From an uncultured virus (IMG/VR IMGVR_UViG_3300025674_006584) (Duplodnaviria > Heunggongvirae > Uroviricota > Caudoviricetes): a stretch of DNA of 64,000 nucleotides. This document shows positions 20,874-30,337 of this stretch, piece by piece (position 1 is the stretch's first letter; every line of letters begins with the position of its first letter). Below the pieces are notes generated by a model that searched no databases, was not told where the DNA came from, and was given only the letters and a program-made list of their open reading frames with translations. The stretch lies in IMG/VR virus record IMGVR_UViG_3300025674_006584; one strand, 5' to 3'. A program made the translations under genes and the position numbers.

Positions 20874-21317
20874 ATGAATTGGACTGAATACTTTTTGAAT
20901 ATCGCGGAGACGGTAAAACTTAAATCTAAAGATAAACGTACACAGATAGGTGCCGTAATAGTTGGACAGGACAATGAGATTGTATCTACAGGGTACAACT
21001 CATTTCCTCGTGGTATTGACGATGAGGTGGATGAAAGACAAGTAAGACCTGAAAAGTATTATTGGATAGTCCATGCAGAAATGAATGCGATACTAAACGC
21101 GGCTCGTATTGGTGTGAGTACTAAGGACTGTACTATGTATCTAACATGTGGTGTTCCGTGTTCGGATTGTTGTAGGGGAATTATTAACGCGGGTATCAAA
21201 AAGATATATGTTAAAAAGGAAGACACCACTCGTAATCGCGAACATTGGGATGCCCATGCTGCTCGGTCACGAGTGATGTTTGAAGAAAGTGGTGTTGAAG
21301 TTATTTTTTATAAATAA
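20874..21317 (+). CDS. dCMP deaminase
   Basis: STGYN, HAEMNAI, PCSDC. Confidence 0.9.
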   Translation: MNWTEYFLNIAETVKLKSKDKRTQIGAVIVGQDNEIVSTGYNSFPRGIDDEVDERQVRPEKYYWIVHAEMNAILNAARIGVSTKDCTMYLTCGVPCSDCCRGIINAGIKKIYVKKEDTTRNREHWDAHAARSRVMFEESGVEVIFYK

Positions 21318-21816
21318 ACTCTAATTTACCTCGGTTTAGTAATTCATCACACATCTGATTAAGTCTTTCAATGTGTAATTCTTTTCTTGCTACGGTATGA
21401 CCATATTTACCATCAGAAATTTTAAAATAATTAGATTTTCTTTTTAAAACCGTCTTATTAAACTTACTAAGGTCATTTTCGATATAAGTATCTAAAATAT
21501 CTTTTAATACTCTATATGAAAAGTGAGAAAAATTATCACAAATAAATTGTCTGTATGAATCGGTCCATTGGTCATTAATGTAGCGCTTACCGTCATATAC
21601 AAATCCAACAACGTCTCTTACTGAATCTGCAGTAAATTTAGACTTATCAATCTTACTTTCTGTATTAAATTCATGTTTTATAAGATGAGTAAACATAGGT
21701 TTAATCTTTGATATAAAACTCATAACATCCTCTTTATTTTTAGGGTTTATCAATTTAGAATAGATGTATTCATCTTCTTTAAATTCTTTTTCATTTTCAT
21801 AAAATAGCGTCTCCAT
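21301..21816 (-). CDS. Hypothetical protein
   Basis: 171-aa ORF, no recognised motif. Confidence 0.55.
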   Translation of the reverse strand: METLFYENEKEFKEDEYIYSKLINPKNKEDVMSFISKIKPMFTHLIKHEFNTESKIDKSKFTADSVRDVVGFVYDGKRYINDQWTDSYRQFICDNFSHFSYRVLKDILDTYIENDLSKFNKTVLKRKSNYFKISDGKYGHTVARKELHIERLNQMCDELLNRGKLEFIYKK

Positions 21817-21938
21817 AGTTTAATATTTTTTAATTTAAGTTTATCTAAAATAAATTATATGAATTCAGAACTCGGATGTCAATAGAAGTCGAAGTCGGAA
21901 TTTATTTTTTTTAAAAAAATTTTTTATATATTTGTCAC

Positions 21939-22061
21939 ATGAACGAAGAAATGATTAAAATGTTGATTAAAATGTCAGACGCGGATGGTGTATACACGAT
22001 GATGCGAGACATGGGTGAAGATGACATGGCTGATTGGATTGAAGAAAATTATTTTGATTAA
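21939..22061 (+). CDS. 40-aa acidic hypothetical protein (not in ORF track)
   Basis: MNEEMIKMLIKMSDADGVYTMMRDMGEDDMADWIEENYFD; TATATTTG 4 nt upstream. Confidence 0.55.
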   Translation: MNEEMIKMLIKMSDADGVYTMMRDMGEDDMADWIEENYFD

Positions 22062-22083
22062 TAGAAATTTTACCTTATATTTG
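22053..22083 (+). promoter_or_regulatory. Bacteroidota-type promoter (TTTG-N19-TATATTTG)
   Basis: TTTG 22053-22056; TATATTTG 22076-22083; ATG at 22088. Confidence 0.7.
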
Positions 22084-22087
22084 TCTT

Positions 22088-22549
22088 ATGAAAACAGTTA
22101 TTTTTGATTTAGACGGAACTTTGGCTAACATCACCAAACGTAGAGAGATGTCTACCAAAGAGAATGGTAAGATTGATTGGGACATCTTTTTTGACCCCAA
22201 CAACGTTTGGTTTGACCTACCAAACGAACCGGTAATTACCATGGCTCAGATGTTGAGTCAGAAACATAGGATTGTTATTCTCTCAGGACGGTCAAAAGCA
22301 ACAAAGGATGAAACCAAACGGTGGCTCAAAAAATTTGATGTACCTTTTGATGTTATTAAAATGAGACCGACATCTAAAGATTGGATGTTTATGCCTGATG
22401 ACCAGCTAAAAAAACATTGGTTGGATTCACTTTTTCCTGGAGATAAAAAGGATAACATTCTTTGTGTGTTTGATGACCGACAGAAAGTCGTTGATATGTG
22501 GAGAGATAATGGACTTACGTGCTTTCAAGTAGACAAAGGTGACTTTTAA
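22088..22549 (+). CDS. HAD-family phosphatase, like the T4 PseT/PNK 3'-phosphatase domain
   Basis: FDLDGTL, LSGR, MRP, FDDRQKVVDMWR. Confidence 0.85.
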   Translation: MKTVIFDLDGTLANITKRREMSTKENGKIDWDIFFDPNNVWFDLPNEPVITMAQMLSQKHRIVILSGRSKATKDETKRWLKKFDVPFDVIKMRPTSKDWMFMPDDQLKKHWLDSLFPGDKKDNILCVFDDRQKVVDMWRDNGLTCFQVDKGDF

Positions 22550-22802
22550 TATGGATAAGTACGAGTTACATTTGAATGATAGGGTTCTTTATATGGAAGA
22601 AACTAAGAACAAAAAAAACCAATATGATTGGGTAATAAAAGATAACATTAGACCTAAAAATACTACGTTACCGTGTACTATACTTTTGGTATCAAACTAC
22701 AACGAATATCCAGATACAGGAAAGTCGTACTACCAAAGTTATAATCAAGGTTCTCAATGGTTGATAGAGGTAATTAAAAAATATGGTAAAAAAGTTTTGT
22801 AA
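22539..22802 (+). CDS. Hypothetical protein
   Basis: ORF within an operon. Confidence 0.45.
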   Translation: MTFNMDKYELHLNDRVLYMEETKNKKNQYDWVIKDNIRPKNTTLPCTILLVSNYNEYPDTGKSYYQSYNQGSQWLIEVIKKYGKKVL

Positions 22803-22807
22803 TTGTT

Positions 22808-23350
22808 ATGGATGTTATTGAAGAATTAACATATAAGAAGAGAGGTGAGGATATACATTATCCGCCACTTAGGTATTACACAATGGGTGATAAAACTCTC
22901 GTTGCTTTCTATCAGGGATTTAGAGGTGGGAACCCTGAATTAGATTTCATCGTCAAATATAAAGAGAAGGGAAAGCGTCTTCGGACGCCTTCCCATACCC
23001 ATTGGATTGTTGACCTTTTGGTTAAGAGTGAACGAAACAAAGAAATGGTTGGTAGATACATTGATGATATGATTGAGATGTATGAAAACGTGGAACCATT
23101 TAAAACACATAACGAAAGGGATAGTTATGAATTGGTGTTCTCACCGTTTGCGAATGAAAAATACAACGAACTAAACGGTTCAGGTTATTACAGTATGGAG
23201 ACATTAACCACATTTATTGAGTTGTTTAGTAAATGTGAAAAACAAACAAAAGGAGCGTTTATGTTTCGGAATCTTTTAGAACTTGTGAAAGAGTACACCG
23301 AGGGAAAAAAAGATTTTTATCAATTAGTTGGATATTCAAAAAGAGTTTAA
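22808..23350 (+). CDS. Hypothetical protein
   Basis: 180-aa ORF (RTPSHTHWIVDL). Confidence 0.6.
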   Translation: MDVIEELTYKKRGEDIHYPPLRYYTMGDKTLVAFYQGFRGGNPELDFIVKYKEKGKRLRTPSHTHWIVDLLVKSERNKEMVGRYIDDMIEMYENVEPFKTHNERDSYELVFSPFANEKYNELNGSGYYSMETLTTFIELFSKCEKQTKGAFMFRNLLELVKEYTEGKKDFYQLVGYSKRV

Positions 23351-23353
23351 AAA

Positions 23354-24286
23354 ATGTTGAAAATTATGGCAGGCTCGGCCTCAAAAGAGTACGCGAAAAA
23401 AGTTGCAGATTCATTTGGAACAAAATTGGTTCCTGTTAAGACTCACAGATTTAGTGATGGTGAATTCTCAGTTAGTATTGAAGAGACAATTAGAGGTGAT
23501 GAAGTTGCGATAGTACAATCTACCTTCCCACCGACAGATAACCTTATGGAATTGTTGTTATTGGTTGATGCCGCTAAAAGGGCAAGTGCAAAAAGAATCA
23601 TTGCAGTTATCCCATACTTTGGATATGCAAGACAAGATAGAAAGGATAAACCAAGGGTACCTATCGGAGCAAAACTTGTGGCAAACCTATTAACTGCTTC
23701 AGGTGTGGATAGAGTGGTAACTATGGACCTCCACGCAGACCAAATACAGGGTTTCTTTGAGGTACCGGTAGACCACCTTTATGCGAATACATTATTCGTA
23801 CCACACCTTCAAAATATGAAAACAGAAAATCTATGTATTGCAACACCTGACACGGGAGGCACTAAAAGAGCGAACTCATACTCAAAAATTTTGGGTGTTG
23901 ATATGGCAATCTGTTACAAACAACGTAAAGTTGCCAATCAAATTGACAGTATGACAGTAATAGGTGACGTTAGTGGTAAAGATGTTATTTTGGTTGATGA
24001 TATCTGTGACACTGCAGGTACATTAAGTAAGGCGGCATCATTAATGATTGAAAATGGTGCAAAATCTGTTAGGGCTTTGTGTACACATGCGGTTCTCAGT
24101 GGACCTGCGTATGAGAGAATTGAAGACAGTGAACTAACAGAACTTATCGTAACAGACACAATTCCTATTGATAAAACTAAGACAACTGGCAAAATAAAAG
24201 TTATACCAACAAACGAATTATTTGCAACAACACTACATTGTTTATTAGAAAATCGCTCAATTAGCGACACTTTTTTGGTGAGTTAA
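23354..24286 (+). CDS. prs: Ribose-phosphate pyrophosphokinase
   Basis: FSDGE, PYFGYARQDRK, DLHADQIQGFF, VDDICDTAGTL. Confidence 0.97.
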   Translation: MLKIMAGSASKEYAKKVADSFGTKLVPVKTHRFSDGEFSVSIEETIRGDEVAIVQSTFPPTDNLMELLLLVDAAKRASAKRIIAVIPYFGYARQDRKDKPRVPIGAKLVANLLTASGVDRVVTMDLHADQIQGFFEVPVDHLYANTLFVPHLQNMKTENLCIATPDTGGTKRANSYSKILGVDMAICYKQRKVANQIDSMTVIGDVSGKDVILVDDICDTAGTLSKAASLMIENGAKSVRALCTHAVLSGPAYERIEDSELTELIVTDTIPIDKTKTTGKIKVIPTNELFATTLHCLLENRSISDTFLVS

Positions 24287-24305
24287 AACTTTATACCTAT
24301 ATTTG
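24274..24305 (+). promoter_or_regulatory. Bacteroidota-type promoter (TTTG-N20-TATATTTG)
   Basis: TTTG 24274-24277; TATATTTG 24298-24305. Confidence 0.7.
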
Positions 24306-24324
24306 TAAAACAAACGAAATAAAA

Positions 24325-24624
24325 ATGTCAGAAAAAATCTTTCACCTTCACCTTCAAGACTCAATGCGTAACAAAAGGTCTTTGGTATGTTACTTGAAAA
24401 ACGGTTCCATCAGTTATTCTTTTTATACTGGTTGGACCAGCTCAGGTATTCCTTTGGCATTGAGTAACATGCAGATTGGTTATCGTTACGGTAATACACT
24501 TCCTGTAGAGAACCTTTCAGGTGAAACTAAGAAACAATTCACTAATCGTGTTATTAATATGATTAATAATGACAGTGTGGAGAGAGTGGTTAAAGAAGTT
24601 AATACTGAAGTAAAATTTGCATGA
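24325..24624 (+). CDS. Hypothetical (probably early) protein
   Basis: Follows a host-type promoter and A-rich leader. Confidence 0.6.
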   Translation: MSEKIFHLHLQDSMRNKRSLVCYLKNGSISYSFYTGWTSSGIPLALSNMQIGYRYGNTLPVENLSGETKKQFTNRVINMINNDSVERVVKEVNTEVKFA

Positions 24625-24732
24625 TGGATAATAAGTTATATGTAAGAATGAACTGTGATTGGAAAAGTCGCGAGGAGTATGAGAATAGAAAGAAACAAGA
24701 GAAAGTAAAAAAAACTTTTAACACCAATATAG

Positions 24733-25083
24733 ATGAAAGTAGTAGAAAGACACGGGTATAAATTATTGTTAGGTAACAATCCATCTGAGGTGTTTAAATT
24801 TTTTGGAGTAAATGAAATGCATGGACTATCTCTTGCCGACTCACAATCATACCCAACAACAAAAGATGATGCATATATTGCTGGTCTATGTAATTTCATC
24901 CCTAACACCGACGAACGTTTTGTGTATCTCAATACAAGTCGATGGTCTTACGGATTGGTATTCCACGAAATGATGCATCAATCTTTTTTTAGACATGATT
25001 ACGACATAAATCAAGAGGAAAGTATTATAACTTGGGCAGAGGTAGAGGCTAATGATATTTATGAAACCTATAAAATGAAATAA
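24733..25083 (+). CDS. Hypothetical protein with HExxH motif (possible zincin)
   Basis: VFHEMMH followed by EE. Confidence 0.5.
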   Translation: MKVVERHGYKLLLGNNPSEVFKFFGVNEMHGLSLADSQSYPTTKDDAYIAGLCNFIPNTDERFVYLNTSRWSYGLVFHEMMHQSFFRHDYDINQEESIITWAEVEANDIYETYKMK

Positions 25084-25085
25084 AA

Positions 25086-25475
25086 ATGAACAAAGAACTT
25101 TATATCCTTCGTGGACTCCCTGGTAGTGGTAAGTCTACTCTCGCAGAATCTCTCGGTGGATACCACCTCGAATCTGATATGTATTTCACTGGTGATGATG
25201 GTGAGTATAACTTTGACCCGATAAAACTTCCTGACGCACATAAGTGGTGTCAGAGTATGGTTGAGGAGTTGATGGGTGAAGGTGTGGAACGTATCGTGGT
25301 ATCTAATACATCTACACAAAAGTGGGAGATGGACCCTTACTTCGCTTTGGCTGAAGATAATGGTTATACAGTCTTTTCTTTAATTGTGGAGAATCGTCAC
25401 GGTGGTTACAATGTTCACGGTGTACCTTCAGAGTCTATTGAACGTATGAAGAACCGTTTTGAAGTTCAGTTGTAA
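25086..25475 (+). CDS. P-loop kinase (AAA_33 / PNK kinase-like)
   Basis: LRGLPGSGKST, VSNT, HGVP. Confidence 0.85.
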   Translation: MNKELYILRGLPGSGKSTLAESLGGYHLESDMYFTGDDGEYNFDPIKLPDAHKWCQSMVEELMGEGVERIVVSNTSTQKWEMDPYFALAEDNGYTVFSLIVENRHGGYNVHGVPSESIERMKNRFEVQL

Positions 25476-25478
25476 AAG

Positions 25479-25504
25479 AAACCCCCTCCGAAGAGGGGGT
25501 TTTT
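25479..25504. terminator. Intrinsic terminator between convergent genes
   Basis: aaaccccctc-cgaa-gagggggttt. Confidence 0.85.
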
Positions 25505-25507
25505 AAT

Positions 25508-26344
25508 TCATACTAATTCAGGTTCCATTTGTTCTTGTTGTAGTAGTTCGTATGCCCTTGCTAAACGAGTCATACCTATACCACCACCATATCTTGGGAA
25601 GAAGTCCATCCCTAAGAATTCTTCTAATTCTTTCTCCACTCTTTCTTTTCCAAATAGGTCAAATAACTTCTGACAATATCCACCATCTTCTATACTGTAG
25701 AACATATCTCTCATCTCTTCTACATTTGATGAACGTTCAGCAGAACCGATTGTCTCTTGACCGTATAGAATTACATCTACTTTATTGAATATACCTTCAC
25801 CTCTGTGTCTCATATTCCAGAAGGGGTTTGTTCTCCTTGGAAAATACTCTAATGATACTACTGAACCTTTCTCTTTCCACATTCTTGTCTCGTGTTCATC
25901 TTCTAATATTTCTACACCTCCATATTCTTCACATACCTCGTCGTATGTTTCATGTTTTGGGGTATCGAAACCTAAGTATTCAAGTAGTTGAGTCTCAAGT
26001 TTAATCATGTCTGCGATTGTACCTTTTGATTCAAACTCAAACATGGGGAAGATAAGTTCGTGACGACCGGGTATTGGGTCTTTCTCTTCTCTGTAAGAAG
26101 TGGAGACGCAGAACACACCTTCCCACTCAGGGTTTTTAAGTAGTTCATACTCCAACCACATCTGACCTGTTTGTGGTAATGGCCATGTCTCACCACAATA
26201 CTCAAATGTTTTTACTGAGTGTGGGTTTTCACATGCAGCTAAGATTGATAACCTTGATTGGGTTGGGACTTCCTTAAAGTTTTTACTTAAGAAAAATTCT
26301 CTCATCTTTTGGACGAGTTCATTGTAAACTGTTGTGTTTTTCAT
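25508..26344 (-). CDS. Class II aaRS (AsnRS/AspRS) catalytic-domain-only paralogue, possibly an asparagine synthetase
   Basis: LPQTGQMWLE, motif 2 SYREE..GRH..F..FEFE, ETIGSAER, motif 3 GGGIGMTRL; no anticodon-binding domain. Confidence 0.75.
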   Translation of the reverse strand: MKNTTVYNELVQKMREFFLSKNFKEVPTQSRLSILAACENPHSVKTFEYCGETWPLPQTGQMWLEYELLKNPEWEGVFCVSTSYREEKDPIPGRHELIFPMFEFESKGTIADMIKLETQLLEYLGFDTPKHETYDEVCEEYGGVEILEDEHETRMWKEKGSVVSLEYFPRRTNPFWNMRHRGEGIFNKVDVILYGQETIGSAERSSNVEEMRDMFYSIEDGGYCQKLFDLFGKERVEKELEEFLGMDFFPRYGGGIGMTRLARAYELLQQEQMEPELV

Positions 26345-26392
26345 TTTATATATTTTATTTGTTTATAATTTATTGAGCAAAAAAATTTAGAT

Positions 26393-26418
26393 AAAAAAAA
26401 TCCTCCAATAATGGAGGA
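26393..26418 (-). terminator. Intrinsic terminator in the leader of the AsnRS-like gene
   Basis: Minus strand tcctcca-ttat-tggagga followed by T8. Confidence 0.7.
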
Positions 26419-26513
26419 CTCTTTTTTATATATGTTTGGTTAAGCGGTTGTCTAGTAAATTCGGATTCATAACTTTTTAATTTTTCATAAATATATCTTA
26501 CAACTTAAAAAGT

Positions 26514-26783
26514 TCAAGACAATTTTGAAATAATTTTTTTAACCTCACTTGTTAATTTTTTTACGTGGTCATCTATATGGTCATCATATTCATCAGGAGT
26601 TACTTGACCATCATCATCTAAATCAAAATGTTTGTGTAGCTCATCCTTAGATATTATACCATTTTCATTCTCATCTGCACCCTCTTCAACTTCGATAGTA
26701 AATTTATCTTCATTAAGTTGTTTTTCTATAGATTTTTTTATTATCTTTGTGATATCAGATTCAGTTAAAATTAATTTTTTCAT
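26514..26783 (-). CDS. Double EF-hand protein with ILTE leader (start moved to 26783)
   Basis: DENENGIISKDE and DLDDDGQVTPDE 12-residue loops; TATTTAT upstream at 26799-26805 (minus). Confidence 0.7.
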   Translation of the reverse strand: MKKLILTESDITKIIKKSIEKQLNEDKFTIEVEEGADENENGIISKDELHKHFDLDDDGQVTPDEYDDHIDDHVKKLTSEVKKIISKLS

Positions 26784-26824
26784 ATTTCTACTTTTAGTAT
26801 AAATATAGTTATAAAACAAAATAC

Positions 26825-27415
26825 ATGAAGGAACATAATGAACCCTACCAATATCTTTTGTTTATCTTCGGGGACTTCAAAGGAAAAGATAAAATCATAG
26901 AATTAATTGCATTACAATTATCATCATTCACAGACAAAAACAGTTATGTAAAATATAATTATGGAGACTATGGAATTGTAATGAATTTTCAATCACAATA
27001 TAGTTTTTATAATCTTAGGGACCATGTTCATATAGTTTTGGAAAAGGTAGCACCACAGTACTTTCTTTTTGAAAGACCAAAACATATGTATGCCTATATG
27101 CCACCTGAACTTAAATTAAATCTTTTTGATTTAAATGAGGAAAATATAAATATTGAGCAAAAAGATGTTAATTTTAAGGATATGATGAATATTATGGACA
27201 ACTTTTTGATTAATCTTACGTCTACATTATCACCTGAGAATATGTTATCAGAAGATGATATGGAACGTATGTTTGAAAATATTATGAATGAGGTAGATAG
27301 AAAAGAAGAAGTAAGACCTACAATTGATGATATCCTTGATAAAATTAGAGAAAAAGGTATCGAATCACTAAGTAACTCAGAAAAACAAATATTAGATGAA
27401 TACTCAAAAACTTAA
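26825..27415 (+). CDS. Hypothetical protein
   Basis: C-terminal IDDILDKIREKGIESLS..EK..L motif. Confidence 0.6.
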   Translation: MKEHNEPYQYLLFIFGDFKGKDKIIELIALQLSSFTDKNSYVKYNYGDYGIVMNFQSQYSFYNLRDHVHIVLEKVAPQYFLFERPKHMYAYMPPELKLNLFDLNEENINIEQKDVNFKDMMNIMDNFLINLTSTLSPENMLSEDDMERMFENIMNEVDRKEEVRPTIDDILDKIREKGIESLSNSEKQILDEYSKT

Positions 27416-28211
27416 TTTAATGTCTAACAGTAACCCTATCAATCAAGATGAAATTCAGATGTATCTGAAAGACATCCGTAAAATCAAAGTTATGACTCCT
27501 GAACGTGAAAAGGAGTTAGCAATAATAATATCTTCAGAAGATTGTACAGAACAACAAAAAGAGGAAGTATACCAAGAACTTCTTGAAGGTAACCTACGTT
27601 TTGTAATTACAGTTGCAAAACAATATCAAAATCAAGGATTAGACCTTAGTGATTTGATTGCTGAAGGTAACTACGGTCTTATGAAGGCTATTAAGAATTT
27701 TGATTGGGGTCGGGACTTACGTTTTATTTCATATGCTGTTTGGTGGATTAAACAATCAATCCTTCAGTCATTGAATGAGAACTCTCGTACAATTAGACTT
27801 CCAGTAAACGTAGTTCAAGACCTTCATAAAGCTAAAAAGGAGGCTCAAAAAGGTAACGGTGAGATTGATAGTAAATTTGCTATGTTACCAAAAACTACAG
27901 GTTTAGATAATCACATTAACGATGAAGGAGATACTCTTATCGACTTGATTGAAAATGAAAACTCAGCCAGTCCTGACGCATCATTTAACGACGGTAGTGC
28001 CCTTAAAATGAAGTTACAATGTATTATGAATACACTTGACGAAAGAGAAAAAGTTATCATAACAGACTACTATGGTATGACTGACACACCAAAGACTTTG
28101 GAGGAAATTGGTAACGATTTTGGTCTAACTAAAGAACGTGTAAGACAAATTAAAGAAAAGGCTTTACGTAAACTACGCAACGAAAGTAGTACACTTTTTG
28201 ATTACTTATGA
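27396..28211 (+). CDS. Sigma-70 family (RpoD/SigA-like) RNA polymerase sigma factor; start possibly 27420
   Basis: NLRFVITVAKQYQNQG, DLIAEGN.GL, FISYAVWWIKQ, TLEEIG..FGLTKERVRQI. Confidence 0.95.
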   Translation: MNTQKLNLMSNSNPINQDEIQMYLKDIRKIKVMTPEREKELAIIISSEDCTEQQKEEVYQELLEGNLRFVITVAKQYQNQGLDLSDLIAEGNYGLMKAIKNFDWGRDLRFISYAVWWIKQSILQSLNENSRTIRLPVNVVQDLHKAKKEAQKGNGEIDSKFAMLPKTTGLDNHINDEGDTLIDLIENENSASPDASFNDGSALKMKLQCIMNTLDEREKVIITDYYGMTDTPKTLEEIGNDFGLTKERVRQIKEKALRKLRNESSTLFDYL

Positions 28212-28249
28212 TACTATTACCTATTTATATGTAGGTAAATAGTAAACAT

Positions 28250-29173
28250 ATGAAATTTTTAAAAGAGTTAAAAAAGTTCGTATTTCCAGTTATAGTAGCA
28301 CTATCCGCTTTGTCGGTTAGTGCTTCTGCTGCTTTCTATTCTGTTAGTGGTCTTAGTAAATTATTTGCGGGTGCTAGTTTAGAAGTCCTCATAATGGCGT
28401 CATCACTAGAAATATCTAAGTTAGTTATCGCATCTTTATTATATCAATATTGGGACAAACTTAATAAGTTATTAAGATTTTATCTAACAACAGCTGCATT
28501 AATATTGGTAGTAATAACATCTATGGGTATATATGGATTTTTGTCCGCGGCATATCAAGAGACCGCAACCAAGTCAGGTATGGTTGATAAGGAATTAGCG
28601 GTTATTGAAATGAAGAAAGAAAGATTTGTAGAAAATAGAGATTATTTATTAACTGAAAAAGAACAAATAGATATTAGTATAACTACACTAAGAAATGGAT
28701 TGTCTAACAATGTGATAGAGTATAAAGACCCTGAAACGGGAGAGATAATAAGAACAACATCTTCATCAACAAGAAAGGTATTACAATCTCAATTAGACGA
28801 AGCCATAGGAAGAAGAAATGAAATATCAAATAAAATAGAAGTTGTAACAGATTCTATAAGTAATTTAGATTTAAAAATATTAGACGTTGAAACTAATTCA
28901 GACTTAGCTGGTGAATTAGGACCATTAAAATATCTTAGCGAATTAACACAGAGACCTATGAATGAAATAATTAATTACTTACTATTGGTTATTATTTTTG
29001 TTTTTGACCCATTGGCAATTTCATTAGTAATAGCGGCTAACTTTCTATTTAAAAGATTAGAAAAAGAAGAAATAACTAATGATTTATCTGAGAATGATAG
29101 TAATATTATAATGGATAGTTCAGATGATACTAAAAAAAATAAAAGGTTAGTATATCAAAAAAGAAATGGTTAA
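28250..29173 (+). CDS. Multi-TM coiled-coil membrane protein
   Basis: Three N-terminal TMs, coiled coil, C-terminal IIFVFDPLA TM. Confidence 0.65.
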   Translation: MKFLKELKKFVFPVIVALSALSVSASAAFYSVSGLSKLFAGASLEVLIMASSLEISKLVIASLLYQYWDKLNKLLRFYLTTAALILVVITSMGIYGFLSAAYQETATKSGMVDKELAVIEMKKERFVENRDYLLTEKEQIDISITTLRNGLSNNVIEYKDPETGEIIRTTSSSTRKVLQSQLDEAIGRRNEISNKIEVVTDSISNLDLKILDVETNSDLAGELGPLKYLSELTQRPMNEIINYLLLVIIFVFDPLAISLVIAANFLFKRLEKEEITNDLSENDSNIIMDSSDDTKKNKRLVYQKRNG

Positions 29174-29759
29174 AATTAGTAAAATAGAGGGGATTGAACC
29201 AACAGGTAATTATAAAAGAAAAAAACAAATAATCTTAACACACACTGCAAGGAATTTAACTGATTATATATCATCGTTGAAATATAGATATAACGGAAAT
29301 AATAAAAAGTTACCACATTATATTATTAGTAGAGATGGTACGATATATAATATAATACCACCCGACACTTATAGTAATTACATGGATGTTAGGTCACATA
29401 ATAAAAACTCAGTTATAATTAGTTTAGAAAACTTAGGGTGGTTAAGAAAAAACCCATTAAACAGTTACTATGTTAATTGGATAGGAAACGAACATAAGGA
29501 TAGTATTTACGAAAGAAAGTGGAGAGGACATTATTTTTGGCAACCATACACTGAAGAACAGAATAAATCATTAATTGAATTAGTTGATTTTATTTGTAAC
29601 GAGTTCAACATCCCTAAAGAAATTATAGGACATAACGTTAAGGTAGACGGAATAGAGAAGTTCAACGGAATCGTCACTAAGAGCAACTATTACAGTGAAA
29701 GTACGGATTTAAATCCTGCTTTTAATTTTGATATATTTATAAATAAAGTAACACAATGA
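29166..29759 (+). CDS. N-acetylmuramoyl-L-alanine amidase (Amidase_2-like), possibly degenerate
   Basis: IILTHTA, HYIISRDG.I, ISLEN.G, YTEEQ..SL..L. Confidence 0.7.
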   Translation: MVKISKIEGIEPTGNYKRKKQIILTHTARNLTDYISSLKYRYNGNNKKLPHYIISRDGTIYNIIPPDTYSNYMDVRSHNKNSVIISLENLGWLRKNPLNSYYVNWIGNEHKDSIYERKWRGHYFWQPYTEEQNKSLIELVDFICNEFNIPKEIIGHNVKVDGIEKFNGIVTKSNYYSESTDLNPAFNFDIFINKVTQ

Positions 29760-30337
29760 GTAATCAATACGACGAAATTAAAAAACTACTTGAGAGTAGT
29801 AGAACAATGCTTCAGAAGGATAACCTTAATGAATCTAAAAAAACGCTTATTAATTTAGGACTTTTAAACGAGATGGATATTAAACCTGATAATTTAGCGG
29901 TTGATACTGAAGACGAAATTGAAGACCAAACAGAACCACAAGAAGATAAACAAAAGTCTTATAGAGTTTCAGGTGGTATAATAACTCTACATGGTAAAGA
30001 AAAACAAGATGTTGAATTAACAACAGATGATAAGATATCTTTTCAGGAAACTATGGATGATTTTGTTAATGACGTTTCGGACTTATCTGATTTCGGTACA
30101 TTAAATCTATATCCACAAAACGTTGATTGGTCAGGTAGAGTAATTGATTTTGATTTAGAATTTTACTTTAGTATTGGAGAAAATAATGGTGTTTATGTTA
30201 ATGGAGATATGATTAAGTTAGATGAAAATTTAGTTGAGTTAATAAATAAATTAACTTCATTCTATGATAAATTTAAATCAAAATGGGCGAAAGTATTATC
30301 ACAGAGGAAGAAAACACAACTAACCACAGAAGAATGA
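29756..30337 (+). CDS. Hypothetical protein (LLE/LNE leader)
   Basis: 193-aa ORF; TATTTAT at 29734-29740. Confidence 0.6.
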   Translation: MSNQYDEIKKLLESSRTMLQKDNLNESKKTLINLGLLNEMDIKPDNLAVDTEDEIEDQTEPQEDKQKSYRVSGGIITLHGKEKQDVELTTDDKISFQETMDDFVNDVSDLSDFGTLNLYPQNVDWSGRVIDFDLEFYFSIGENNGVYVNGDMIKLDENLVELINKLTSFYDKFKSKWAKVLSQRKKTQLTTEE

